DNA of 64,000 nucleotides from NCBI GenBank assembly GCA_050084515.1, contig CM114271.1, positions 29,884,001 to 29,948,000 of the forward strand, in the 5' to 3' direction. The position numbers were made by a program, and so were the translations under genes. The stretch's first letter is position 1; each line of letters opens with the position of its first letter. Shown in pieces: positions 1-13,099 of this stretch. Source of the stretch: Blasia pusilla. Lineage: Eukaryota. Under the pieces are notes generated by a model. It did not search any database. It saw only the letters and a list, made by a program, of their open reading frames with translations, and had not been told where the DNA came from.

Positions 1-1760
1 TGGCGCTGATGGATGTTGAGTTGATTCATAAGCCAGGTAAAGATAATGTGATTCCAGATGCGTTAAGTCGCAAGGAGGAACACATGCCGTCGACAACACA
101 GGTCTTGAGAGCAATGTTCCCTAAGGAAACAGATCTGGAAAGAAGGATTCGTGAAGGATATATGAAGGATGCTCAAGCAGGGGAATACCTGAGGAAGTTG
201 AAGCAGGGTGAGAAGGTGGCCAACATAAGTTTGAGGCACGGATTACTAAGGTTCAAACAGAGTAGGATCTATGTAGGGCAAGGCAGGATGCGAACCAAGG
301 TGTTAGCGGAATGTCACGACGGGCCCTTGGCAGGACATAAAGGAGAGAAATCTACGCTAGCTGTTCTGTCGAAGCGGTTCTTTTGGCCCAACATGAAAGA
401 GGATGTTGCTCAATATGTGAAGACCTGTGTGACCTGCCAAGTGAATAGAGTCTCTTATAATACGAAACAGGGCTTGCTGCATCCCTTGCCGATCCCAGAA
501 GGACCCTTGCAAAGTGTGAGTATGGATTTCATCACGAGTCTTCCGGAATCTGAGGGATACAACGCTATACTTGCGATTGTTGATCGGTTTAGCAAGTTGG
601 TGAGATTCGTGCGGACGGTGGATTCCGCAACGGCGTATACAACGGCGCAACTATTCCTCGATAGCTGGTGGCGTGCTTATGGTTTGCCGAGGAGCATCGT
701 TTCAGATTGGGATCCAAAGTTTACCAGTGCTTTCTGGAAGCACTTGTTCAGAAGGTTTAAGACCAAGCTGAGTTTCAGACCGGCTTTCCACCCACAGACG
801 GATGGACAGACTGAAAAGGTAAACTCTATCGTGAATCAGTACTTAAGGAATTATGTCAGTGCTGATCAACGCGATTGGGTCAGGTGGCTGAGCATGGCGG
901 AATACTGCTACAACTCGACCAAGCATTCTGCAACTGGAGAATCTTCGTTTCTCCTGGAAAATGGACGAGAGCCAGAAGGGCCTCTTGATCTAGCCCTTTG
1001 GAAGGGTACTACATTGGCATGAACACGACAAGCGAGAACGAGAAGAGCACACGAGGCGAAGTCTTGCAAAGGCTCAAATGAGATACGTTAAGCATGCTAA
1101 CAAGAGTCGGCGCCAAGTACGATTCCAAGTTGGAGAACAAGTGTGGTTGAGTGTAAAGAATCTCACTCTTCCGAAAGAGTTGTCTGCGAAGCTGTCTGCC
1201 AAGTATGATGGACCGTATGTGATTGTGGCAAACCCGTTTGAGGATGTGTATACGTTGAGGCTGCCGGACGAGTTCAAGATTCACCCGACCTTTCATGTGT
1301 TATTGTTGAAGAAATATCTTCAAGATAATGGACGTTTCGAGCGGAGACAGGTGGTGAGACCGCACCCGGTCATCGTAAATGAAGAGCCAGAGTTTGAGAT
1401 GGAGACTATCTTACGTTCGAGACGTCGGGCCAACAAGTATGAATACTTGGTAAAATGGAAGGGCTACCATGTGAAGGAGGCGACTTGGATTGCAGAGGCG
1501 GATTTGGAACACGCGCAAGAGTTGTTGCGTGACTTCAAGCGAACACAAGCGAAGCACATACGTTAGTACGAGAAGAAGCTACAGACATGACTTGTAACCA
1601 GTGGAATCTTGGGCCGAAGGCCGTTGTAACTAGAATATGCTAGTGTTGCAATAAAGGAGTGTATGGATTTGGAGATTCGATACGAGTGTTGATTGCAATT
1701 TGTATGTGGTAGTGCATGGCAATGAGTCGTTCATCATAGGCTTAGAATGTACGACAAGAG
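1..1760 (+). mobile_element. 3' part of a Ty3/Gypsy chromovirus (RNase H end, integrase, chromodomain); runs off the window start and lacks PPT and 3' LTR
   Basis: ORF 9..1022 has KPGKDNVIPDALSR (RNase H end), an HHCC zinc finger (CHDGPLAGH...CVTC) and the integrase core (SMDFITSLP, VDRFSK, SDWDPKF, HPQTDGQTEKVN). ORF 1078..1566 has the GPY motif and a chromodomain (EFEMETIL...YLVKWKGY...ATWI). There is a frame break near 1020. Bases 1567-1760 align with the reverse complement of 60360-60541, then similarity stops. Confidence 0.95.
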
Positions 1761-2202
1761 GACAAGATCCTCTTAAAAAAAGGATCAACTCACTAAAATT
1801 ATCTCAAATTTGGGTCATATATATTCTTCTAAACCCCACGAATCTTGATTTAGTACCAACTTAATAAATTTATCACTCACTTTCCTCCAAATAATAAGTT
1901 TATCTTGAGTATCCACTAAAACTAATAAGTTCCTATTTTTCTGCACTCCTCCTAAAGAGTCAACCAATGCGAATTTGCAAAATGGGAAATGGCTCTGACA
2001 TGGTGGCTATGGTAATCCCAAAGAAATTGTCACGACTTTGTACATAAAAATCAAATTATGCACCATTTTTTTGACATTGTTTCTGACTACTTAATCTATG
2101 ACATCATCAAATTAGATCCATTATCTAACATTCCATCTAAACCCTATTCGTCAATCTCCAACCTACAAAAATAGTGAAACACCATGGAGTTTCCCCATTG
2201 TA

Positions 2203-2224
2203 TCTCTCTCTCTCTCTCTCTCTC
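2203..2224. repeat. (TC)n microsatellite
   Basis: Direct read of the TC run. Confidence 0.9.
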
Positions 2225-4371
2225 CCCGATCGCATTGTTGCCCTATACTCATGCGCCACTCAAAATAGATGGTGATCAGAGAGCAATGACGAGGTTGACG
2301 AATAGGGTTTCTGAGGAAGGCAGAACGTATGCGGGTTCAAACATGGTCAGGTTGAGATCTGGGGAAGCACATATATATAGCTTCCCCAGATTGTAGCTCA
2401 AGTTTTTGCTGCAGAAGTCGATTGGTGTTGGAGTCATGTGAATTGCATTATTGGGAACAATAATTTGTACGTGCGGACGAACAAAACCGGAGTCTGTAAA
2501 CCCCGAACCCTGGGCCGCTCAATTTGAGAGCAGACAAGGAGCCATGATAGGAATGTTGGCAGAGAGGTATCAAGAAGCATTGTAGCAGTTGGGTTTAGGA
2601 TTAGTGGGATAAGAAGAGAGGTAGGGAAAGAGGGAGATGATTTCTTGAGACTCCTACATGGAGACTTGAGGTAGTGAAGGAGACGTTGAGCTTTGCTCAC
2701 TTGCTCTACAAACTATATAGCACCTCGACTACCTGTCATGCTGCTCTCTCCTTCTGTAGCCGTTCCTTTGCTGGTAGAGAATCGCTTCTACGGTGCGCCT
2801 TCCACTCCACTAGCTTACATTTTCTCTTTCTACTCACACACCACTCATTTTATGTTGCGAACCCGTAAGGAGAACTCCCCAAATGCTCTTCACATGTATG
2901 TCAGCTCATATTTTTTCAAATTTGTGCCTACGTGTGTTGATCCAATTTCTTTTAACGATAAACATTCTTAGGCATTTATTGGAGCACACTTCTCGTCGTC
3001 AACCACAAAATTTTTGGCACGCTTCTTGTCGTGAATCAACATGTATAGGTAAGTACCAAGTGTGATATATGTAGAGTTGAGTCTTGCGCTGCATTGGGCA
3101 CAAGTTCACAGAGATCATAACGTGTTCATGTCGCAGTGTACGATAGAAAAAACCGTCCAAACTCTACGTTTGCGTCCGCATTGATTGGTGTACACAAATA
3201 TATTGACAGCTTATGGACACAAACCTGCGCCAAGACCACAATTCAGGTTGCGTGTTGGACTTCATTTTGAGAGAGTTCACTATTTAGTTTGTGAACTTCA
3301 ATTAGGTTACTTTCCAATCACTCTCCTGGAATGCAGCAGTCAAACGGTAAATCTCGACATTTTAGTGTGTCTTCCTACCTCAGTTTTAGTACGTCTCTCT
3401 TCCTTGAGTTATCGAGAGATTTGTTTCAAGGACGTAGGCATGAATTTTTTGTTTCCCTATCCATTTTGATTACAAGTAAACCAACGGCCTCAAGAAAAGT
3501 GAGATTTCAGAGCTTTCGTTTATCTGAGAGAGTGGACCATGTGCTCACAATGATAACCAAAAGTAATCTTTGCTTTATAGTCTATGCCCCAACAAAAGAC
3601 ATCACCTAAAGTGTGAGATTAATTATCAATCAAACCTTTGTGCATCCCACAAGTTAATCCACCATAATCATTACTTTCCAAGACCTTATGTAACCAACTA
3701 TGGCGATGTGTGTATAACTTTGGCCAGTGGATGCGTTACTCGGAAGGAGATTCGAGAAAAATCCTCAAACCAACAATGCTCACTCCCTTGTGAACACAAA
3801 CATTGCATTTACACCATGAGACAAAGACAACAAAGGTATTCCACATTGGGATTCTTGTTTTCTTTGCAAGGATGAATCAAAATTTTCGTGTTTGCAAGAT
3901 AGTTTGTCAGTAATTTGGCAGTTGAGTTTGTATCAAAATGGTTTAGGGTCTACATTCATGACTAGAGGAGATGTTAGCTGAAATGAGTTGTTATACTCTT
4001 GAACTAGTCGAATGCTTTATACTACTGTAGATGTATGCAGATATAGTAGTGATCTCGAATATGGATTAGTGTGTTGATTTAAAGCTAAAATATGTCACTT
4101 CAGAAGTTTAAAGATCTACCTCTTGAGAGAAATAGTATTCCACCAAAACTAGCAGCTGATTGCTTTAGATAATTCTACTTGGTTGCAATTCACAATGTTC
4201 TTACAAAACCATAAAAAGCAGATCCTGAACCATCGATTGTACGCTATCTAACAGGTAATTGAAGAGAGAAGAGCTAGAGTGACTGCTATGAAGTGGACAA
4301 GTCAATTGGCCATCCAGATTTCCTTAGGAGTGAAGGTATTATTCAAAGGGCTTTGCTTTTTTGTGTGAAGG

Positions 4372-4959
4372 ATGAACCCACATGGCCGGCCAGCACCTAA
4401 TCTAGGTATTGAACTCCATGAGTACTTACGTGGTAACCAAAGAGTGTGCACTTTGGTCCAATAGATCCAACGTCTTCCTACAAAAGTACAAGTCATAATA
4501 TGTAGCTTACATGCATGCCACTATTGGTATTGGACTTGGCACGAACGAGTAGAGAATTGGCGCTTTCATACGAAGGCGCGACATCTATATTTTACCTTCT
4601 CCGATTTTGTATGTAGGCATGAGGATCACTATTCCATCATTCTTTGGCTGATGATGGATGTTGGAGACATCATTACGGTTCATCTTTGCCATGATTCAGA
4701 TGGCATAGTTTTTGGTGAAGATTCCTCACCAAATCTGAGGAAGGCATTGGCTCCTATTCATGTTGCTATTTCCTATTCTGGAAAAGCATGTAGTGTCAGA
4801 TTTGAGTACTCATGTGTGAGGATGGGCAAACTACCTAGCAAGGGAATATGCATGGCGAAAGGCTTTCGTAGGGATAACCTGACTGGTAGACTTTGCCCTT
4901 GTTGTGCTCATTTTTGTTGTGGCCCTATTTGGTGGCGTTGGAATAGAACATCTTGGTAG
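4372..4959 (+). pseudogene. Unidentified ~195-codon ORF with one internal stop, upstream of the CACTA transposase
   Basis: ATG at 4372 is in frame with ORF 4651..4959. The only interruption is TAG at 4462-4464. It is preceded by a pyrimidine-rich ...gtgaag acceptor-like sequence. Confidence 0.35.
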
Positions 4960-6090
4960 GTAGGCTCGTTTGAAGCCAATTTTGTGATTTGAAGTAGGAC
5001 TTGGCACTTGTGACAGTATTTAGGCCAACCAGGAGTTTTTGAATTTTGCATCTAGGTTTTTTGTTGAAGAATTATAAGTGAGCTAGACCATATTGTTAAC
5101 ATAAGATTGGAATTTTTAACCTTTGAGCTATTTTCTAAACTAGGTTTTTTCATACTAGTGAGGCTATGATCGTTAATATAACTTTTTCAAATAATTGTAA
5201 AGAACTTCTAACCTACAAGTCTAATTCAATGGGTATGAATGCATATACAAACTTTAGTTGCTCAATGTTACAGTAGGTCAAGTCTATTTTCATGTTAAAA
5301 ATTGTGGATTGCATGGAACATTAATATTAACAATGTACAAATAGCATGTCATCACATGGTGTAGATATTAATCGAAGGGTGTAAGAGCCAAAGTAGTTTA
5401 ATAACATACATTCATATCCATTAAAAGGGTAGTATGAACCTTTAGAAATATAATTAAAAAATACAAGAAGGCTACACTAATGTTAAAATCAATCTGCATT
5501 ATACATGATACCCATTGTTCAACAACCTAAAACATCTAAGTAAGGAAAAAAAAACAATCACCACTCATTCCATTTGACCTTTGATAGGTTAAGGTAGAAC
5601 CCTTTCTGTATATGATATGAATTATATTTTACCAATGAATTAAGACTCTTCACATTATACAAAGATAAATGGAATCCTACATTGTTTGTACGTTGACATC
5701 CATTTATGTTGGTTTGTAACTAGGTGAGATCTTAAGAAGCAACTATAATGGGTAGGATCAAGTCAATGATCAATAATACGAGAATAACAATCAATCTATG
5801 CCTTTTTATGTTATGAAGGTGGGATATGCAAGCTGGGTGTTTGCGTTCAGCCTATATCAGATAGGTAAAACAGATCGAGGGGAGGCTTAATTCTCAAAAG
5901 AAGACAGAATCTTGATATAAGAATGTACACTCATATCTACACGGTAGTTGTTGATTTGCAATGAAATAATCATGCAGAAAGACTCAGAATACTATATATG
6001 CTTATGTTAGGGTGTGTTCTACAAATTTGTATCCAACGCTGGTTTGTTTCATTTATTTATTTTTTCTCTTATTAACTTGATGTAGGGGCC

Positions 6091-9000
6091 ATGATACCAC
6101 AAGTAACTGCTTGCATCCAAATGGATATTAGCCATCCTGATAGAATCCATGCACATGACTACAAGTTGTGGCAAAGGGAATGTGTGAAGTATCGTAGATT
6201 GGGAAGGAAAAGGGCTCGATGCCCTTGTACTCAGTGTAAGGGTGGGACTTCCTTGGGATTAGGCAAGATGGAAGAGCATTTGAGGAAAAATGGGAGATCT
6301 CATGTACGTAGAGTCCCAAAAAGTAGAGAAGAGTGGGACTCATCTGACGAGGAGTGGTTGGCACATTAAGAGAGTAATGAGAAGGAGCAATGTGAGCAAA
6401 TCATAAAATCAAAGCAGGTTCCTACTTTCTCTCAACATGAAAATCCCAATTTGGATTTCGACATTGATGTTCCTCAAATGCTCCATGATATATTCAGAGA
6501 GTATGATTAGATCCTTGATGAGGATGGCATCATTGAAGAGGAAAGGGTTGAGAATCTTAATCCTAATGCCACATCTGATCCCAGTATTTAGTCTAACTTC
6601 CATGACGTGGAAACAACATGCAAGCCTCTCTTCACGGAAGCTAAGACATCCTTACTTGCTTTTGTCATGCTCATTTTCAATATTGGTGCTACCCACGTGG
6701 TTCCCAACATTGCAATTAATGAGATTTTGAAACTTTTACGTAACATGGTACTCCCATCTGATAATCTTGTGCCGCCATCAACTCTATCCATGCATGTCCT
6801 AGAGGATGTGTTCTCTTCCGTGGGGACTTGGAAGAGGTAGATACATGCCAAAGTGTGGGAATTCTAGGTACAAGCAAGTAGGAAGGTCTTTGGTACCAAA
6901 CAAGGTCTTAAGATAATTCCCTATTATCCCTAGGATGCAGCGTATGTATAGATGTAGGGCTTTGTAGGAGTTATTGACTTGGTCTTATGATAACAAAAGC
7001 AAAGATGGCATAGCTAGACATGCAGGCGACAGCAAGGCTTGGGATCATATCGATCGTTTGTATCTTGATTTTGCAATGAAGAGTAGAAATTGTAGGTTTG
7101 GTTTAGCACTTGATGGTGTGAATCCATATTCTGATAAGGCTAGTTCATGGTCAATATGGCCAGTCCTATTAGTGAACTATAATCTTCCACCATGGCTTCA
7201 AACAAAGAAGTTCTTTATCATGGTGGCTTTAATCATTCCTGGTAAGGAGAGTGTGAATGGAGAGAATATCAACACATGCCTAGCTCCCTTAGTGGATGAG
7301 TTTAAGGAGTTGTGGAATGGGGTAGATTTCATTGATGTCCAAAGACCTTTGGGAGAGATGGAGTTCAAGTTTAAATCCATGATCTTGTGGACTATAAATG
7401 ATTATCCAACATATGGCACAATCTTAGGGCAAAGCCATGGTGGGAAACTCGCATGTAAAAAATGTGGAACTTATGTGGATTCGGACTTCTCCAAGCAATG
7501 CGAGAAGCCTATTTTTGGTTGTCATCGTAGACACCTTCCATTAGATCATGCTTGGAAAGGAAGAGCTTATGGCTCCCAATGCAGTGGCTTAGGGGAATCA
7601 AGAGGAGCACCTCATAGGGTTATAGTTGATGACATTCTAAGCTGGGCCGAGGAGAAAAGAATATATGAGGAGCATGGGGGACGAGATGATGCTCCTAATG
7701 ATCTTTACAAGAGGACACGGGTGAAGAGGCAAAGTCTTTCGTTTGATTTTCCATATTGGAGAGTATCCACTTGATCCATTTATATTTGCAAAAGTTCATA
7801 TTATGTGTTATGTGAAGTTTAGTTCTCATGGTCAAATCTACTTTCCTTAACATAAGATTAGCATCTTCTTATTCGACATACATTAGATGTTATGCACTTA
7901 GAAAAAAACATATGTGAGAACATGGTGAAGACTCTACTTGGTATGAAGAATACGGTGAAGTGTAGAGGAGATATGGAGGCTCGTGGAATTCTACCTCACT
8001 TGTGGTTATAACCACATCCAAGTAGAGCTCAAGGACTAGTGAAACCTCAATGTGATTATGTTTTATCACCTCAAGACCTGAGCATATTCCTGTCTAGGAT
8101 TGAGGCTTTGAAAGTGCCGACACGGTATAGTGGGGAGTTAAGGAAACGTGTGGTGAAACAAAATTGGGTAACATGAAGTCACATGATTATCATGTGCTTA
8201 TTCACCAAATCCTTCCTTTTTCCCCTCGCGGCCTTATGAAGGAGTCGGTCCGTTGTACCGTCATGTGCTTGAGCAAGATATTTAGGTCATTATGTTGTAA
8301 AGTGTATGATCCTACATCTTATCAACTGTTGCATCAAGATGCAACTATAACCCTATGTCTCTTAAAAATTCATTTTCCACCATTCTTTTTGATGTGATGA
8401 CATATCTCTTAATCTATGTAATCAAAGCATTGGATATATGTGGGCCATTAGCTTGCCGGTGGATGTATCCGATGGAAAGATACATGGGTACTTTGAAAAA
8501 ATATATGAGATCTAAAGCTTGTCTTGAGGGTTGCATGGTCGAGGGATATGTCAAAGATCATGCATTGGGATTTGTGACTGATATATGAAGAGATTTGAGG
8601 ATGTGAGGACCCGTATTTGGGCTAACGGTGAAGAAGAAGGAGTTGCACGCGAGGAGTTGGAAGGTGTAGGACAGAAAGTTCAATTATCTTGAGAGATGCT
8701 ACTCTTAGCACACCATTATGTCTTACATAATATCGAGGCCATGGTTGTATGGCACATGTATATTTTCAATCAGTCACCTTATTCTCCGAGCATAATCAAC
8801 TTTTATCCTAAATCCTGTTGTTTTTTTCTAATCTTCAAGGCCACCCTATTTATTTTTTATGTTATTTTCTTCCTTCCAGGAAATATGAAAGGGAGAGGGC
8901 ATCAATTCTTTTCCAAGAGTGGATTCGATCAGCCATCCTTCAAAATGCTAGGAGAATTATGGGAGAATTATGGGAAGGTGGATGAAGAGGCATTGGCCTT

Positions 9001-9685
9001 TGTTAACCCCTCCTCAACCCAAATTAAAATCATAGAAAACTATGAATGCTTATGGAAATCACTTCAGAGTATAAGGAGAGGGTGGACGAAATGCATATTC
9101 AGCTTATGATAGTGGAATTGGAGCCATATTTTGGATGAGGAGAAGGAGGACCAAAATTGTGCCTATTCATATGTGGGAGTCCTAGTTGATATTCTTGCAT
9201 TTGATTATGGGATTTTAGACAGACCTATAATATTAATGAGAGGGAGGTGGGTGAGGGTAGATTGGGACTCTCGCATGCCCTCAATGAATCAAGATTGTGA
9301 AGGCTTCCTACTCCTGAACCTTCGATCTTGTGAGCCAGTGGACCACCAACCCTTTGTGTTCCCATCTCAACTGGAACAAGTTTTCTTTGGAGATGAAAAT
9401 GAGGGAAGTGGATGGAATGTAGTTTTGAGGAAAGAGGCTAGATCTTGTTGGGTGGTTTCTAATATCTATGATGGTGGAAACCCGCATCATGTCCATTCCA
9501 TAGGCCTCAATCACCTGGAAGCCATGCCCCATAGGATACCACCAGCAAACACTATCGGCACCATAGAGCTCACATATGAGGAGCTAGTGATTGCAAATAG
9601 AGATTTTAACAATGTACCTATCATCCATCTTTCCATGGAAGTGGTTTTTGAAGATAAAATTACAGAAGGCGATGCAGATCTTTGA
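6091..9685 (+). mobile_element. Degenerate CACTA/EnSpm TnpD-type transposase (pseudogene)
   Basis: Transposase-associated motif RCPCTQCK...EEHL (6091-6369). Transposase_21 motifs LALDGVNPY, SIWPVLLVNYNLPPW, LIIPGKES, LVDEFKELW, WTINDYP (6974-7774), then HTLDVMHLEKN (~7880). DUF4218-like MKSHDYHVL and GPLACRWMYPMERY (8164-8588). DUF4216-like PFVFPSQLEQVFF (9131-9685). Multiple stops and frameshifts; terminal CACTA TIRs not located. Confidence 0.92.
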
Positions 9686-11078
9686 TTACGGTGTAATGTC
9701 TAACATAGTGTAAGTTGGCCTATAAGTCTTTCTTTAAGTAGTGAGTTTGAAGTATAAGTTATGGTATATCAAGTCTCAACTATATTGAGTATCAGATGTT
9801 TGCATTTGAGTACCTACCTTGTACTAAGCCCTAATTGAGCTCCTTGATAGATATTTTCCAGCAGAAACTTTTTGAATGGCATTCCAAGCCATCCCCGGTA
9901 GCACATTTGGTCATCAAGGGGAGACTCGGTCAGACCTTGAGGCCATTCTTGCTTTTTAAGGCTTGTGTGATAGCAGAGGAGAACTTCTTCATGGGAAGAA
10001 CCATCAGGTTTGGTTGGTGAAATGGAGATATCATAAGAGCAAGAGTGAGATACAGATTTGTCGCATGTACCTACCTGTTGATATACATGATGAGAGTTGG
10101 GAACCCTATCCGAGAAAAGTATAGGAGAGTGCATGTCATGTGGATACAATGAATCCTAATGTGTGCATTAATTTTGATGAGCTCCTTGGAGTTGGAGATG
10201 AAAATGGAGAAGAGGCTGAGAGAGGGTTGACAGGGGAGCATGAATTAGCCAAGGAAACAAGTGGAGAGAATGATGAGAGGATCACATCTGCATTTTTTGT
10301 TGGAGTTAGGAGTTTTGACTCTCTTGTACCTCTAAGAAGTTGTGAGAAACTTCATAGCACATCCATGGAAAACACTAAACGCATGGGGAAAACTATGGAA
10401 AATTGTGAGTCAGTGGTGGTTTTAAACCAAAATAGTTGTTCAAGTGTTCATAGAGAAATTAGCCTAGTAGCTATTCCACAAACAAGTATCTCCAAGGAGG
10501 ACCTTGATCACAGCGATAAATTTTTGGCTTATGATTTGAGTTTAGAGGGGGGGAGGAAGCACCTAAGGTATTGGAAAAAGACGCAACGTGCATGGTTCAA
10601 GAGAGAGAACCATCACCTGTCTACATGACCATCAAGTTAGAAGAGGGAGGTAATGACATGATTAGGGATCCTGCCCATTCAGCCCACTTTGATAACGCTG
10701 GGAACTTTGAAACTGGTGAATTTGAGTTTTGGGATCTTGTGGATAACGACCCTCATGTTGACTTTCCAATTGATGAAGAACGGGAACGAAGGATAAGGCA
10801 AAATAAAATATTTGCAGCATACATACTTCGTGGCATTCCTACAGAGTAAGGAGTTCTCCCTCTTGAGTAATGAATATGTGGGCTTATGAGAGGTTCATTT
10901 CAACATATTCATAGATTCTAGGTATTTCATGCTCTTACATGGTTTGTAGAAATGGATGTTTGCATTTTTTTTCTTAAGTATGATTGATGGTAAAATGATT
11001 ATTTGGAAAGGCTGAGAGCAACAAAGCCACCCAAGAAAATCCAATCTTCTAGGGCAGTAGTGCCAAAGGTTGTGCAAT

Positions 11079-11658
11079 TGTGACAAAGTTCAAGGTTGAC
11101 ATCAAAGGATAAGAATCCTTTAATGTGTCATGGTAGATGAGGCGTAGGGCAAGATAGTATCGAGGCCTAAGAGAGGTCTTGTACTTCCCTATTTTGAGAG
11201 GTCATATGTGACCTGCTCTTAGGAGGTGACCTACGAGTGTAGGTCACCCTTCCCTTTATGAGGAGTGGCAACCTTGGAGAGGTTGATCTTCCCAACCATG
11301 TATGGCTCCACTTGGACCTATAGAGTCGTGGGTTAGTTGGTAGTTGGTCTCATGAGGGAACCACATGTGTGGTTGTTAGGGAGCTAGTATGGGTGTACTA
11401 CATGTTGGTAGTGACCTGCTAGGAGGGAGGTGACCTGTGTATACAGGTCACCCATGAAGGTACCCAAGGGGGTATACCTCGAATGAGTCTCATTTGGAGC
11501 TCATCTCCTTAGGATTGTCGACCCTTGGTGGGATCCGTGATACAATGCAACGTGCATGTATTGATCTTGGATTCTCCCTTGAAGAGTGGGCTAGGAATGA
11601 TCAATAAGGAGATCAGATATTTTGGGAATTCTTTTGTATACCTTTTCTTGTTGTTACA
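11079..11658. mobile_element. Solo-LTR-like insertion within the CACTA region
   Basis: Ends TGTGACAA...TTGTTACA (imperfect terminal inverted repeat, TG..CA). It carries the same GGTGACCT-N8-AGGTCACC palindromes as the LTR-like element at 54.8-63.3 kb. Flanks gcaat/ccagt match only 3/5. Confidence 0.5.
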
Positions 11659-13099
11659 CCAGTGCGTATCTAAATCATGACTATGGCTGCTGGATGAAGC
11701 ACAGTTGATTGCAGATTTCATCAGAGTTTACAATGCGTATTCAACTTTATATTGGGATTGTCCAATCGTTCATGTGTAGAGATGTTAGGATTCATAGCTA
11801 GATGGATCTAAGACATGTGTGTACATGACAGTCGATGTATGTTTGCAACGATGTGTATTCGCATGACAAATGCTTGAAAGCATGAAGGATAATAGAGTGA
11901 TTGATCCACATTATATGCCATCTGAAAATATGGATTATCACTCTAGTGATGAGGAAGATTTATCTCATCAACCAGATCAAAAACACAATAGTGGGCCTAC
12001 AACCCACTCTAAGCACGTTGAGAGGGTAACTACATCTTTTCTAAACCAGCATCATCATGATTCATTGTAGGATGGTCATGATTCATTGTAGGATGATTCA
12101 TTGCATCCATGTTTTCATTCTGGTTTCAACCACACTAACTCTGAAATATATTTCATAGGCCCAAGTAATTGGAGGAAGAGAGCCAAAAGAGATACTTCAC
12201 CAAGGGAGATAAGAAATGGGATGGCAATATCCAACATGCCCTAATCCCACATGGACACAAAGTGGAAGTCAGTATTGGAGTATTCAGATGGGCCCAAGGT
12301 GGTACGGTTCCGAACATGATTCATCAATGGTGAATCATGGACCTATTGGCTCTTACAATGTGATGCAATCCCCTACCCCCTCCCCATCACAATGGAGTGC
12401 AAAAACTCCTTCACCACACATGACTACCCAAAAATGATGGGTTGGTGGAATGCCTTGGTCACAACTAAGACCTATAGATCATCAATGGATGGGGAATTCC
12501 CAATCTGGTTTACAAACATGCACTCAAGCCCCATGGCCTCCTCGCACACCATCTTCCCAACCAGTGGAAAGTCAAGAAAAATATGGTGCCCCCACCTTTA
12601 TGGGCAACCATGGGCAAGGCAAAGTGTAAAATCTGTTACCTTGGACATTTCTTGCATTAAATATTTTGACTATAGGTTTCGAGATATCATAGAATTAATG
12701 TGGGAGCCTCAGTGAAATGAGTAGACTCGTACTTGAGCTAGTATAATTTGTAGCATTGGATTTCCATGTCTAAATATATAAGTGAGTTATTATTGTTGGT
12801 TTCTTTCTTATGATATGATGGAGGATCATGCCCACCCCGTTCCTATCCAGCAGTTGGAGAAGGTTTTGACTCAACATTTTTTGATGAGCCATCGAGATTT
12901 GTTGGGATGAGTTTACATTCATAGAAAAGTGACTCTCAGTCTTTCATGGCCCCTAGTCTCTCCAAATCCATAATTAATAGTTGGATAGTGTCTATATCTA
13001 TTCACTTCAATTGAGCGTGGTTAGGATGTTATAATGTGAGACGCTAGTAATTGTCTTATCATGCTGGTTGAAAAAAGATTATTTTTTGCTCTTCTCTTT

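Noticed and set aside
1790-1925. CACTA pentamers as the left TIR of the CACTA element
   Set aside because: I could not find a matching right TIR or a 3-bp TSD.
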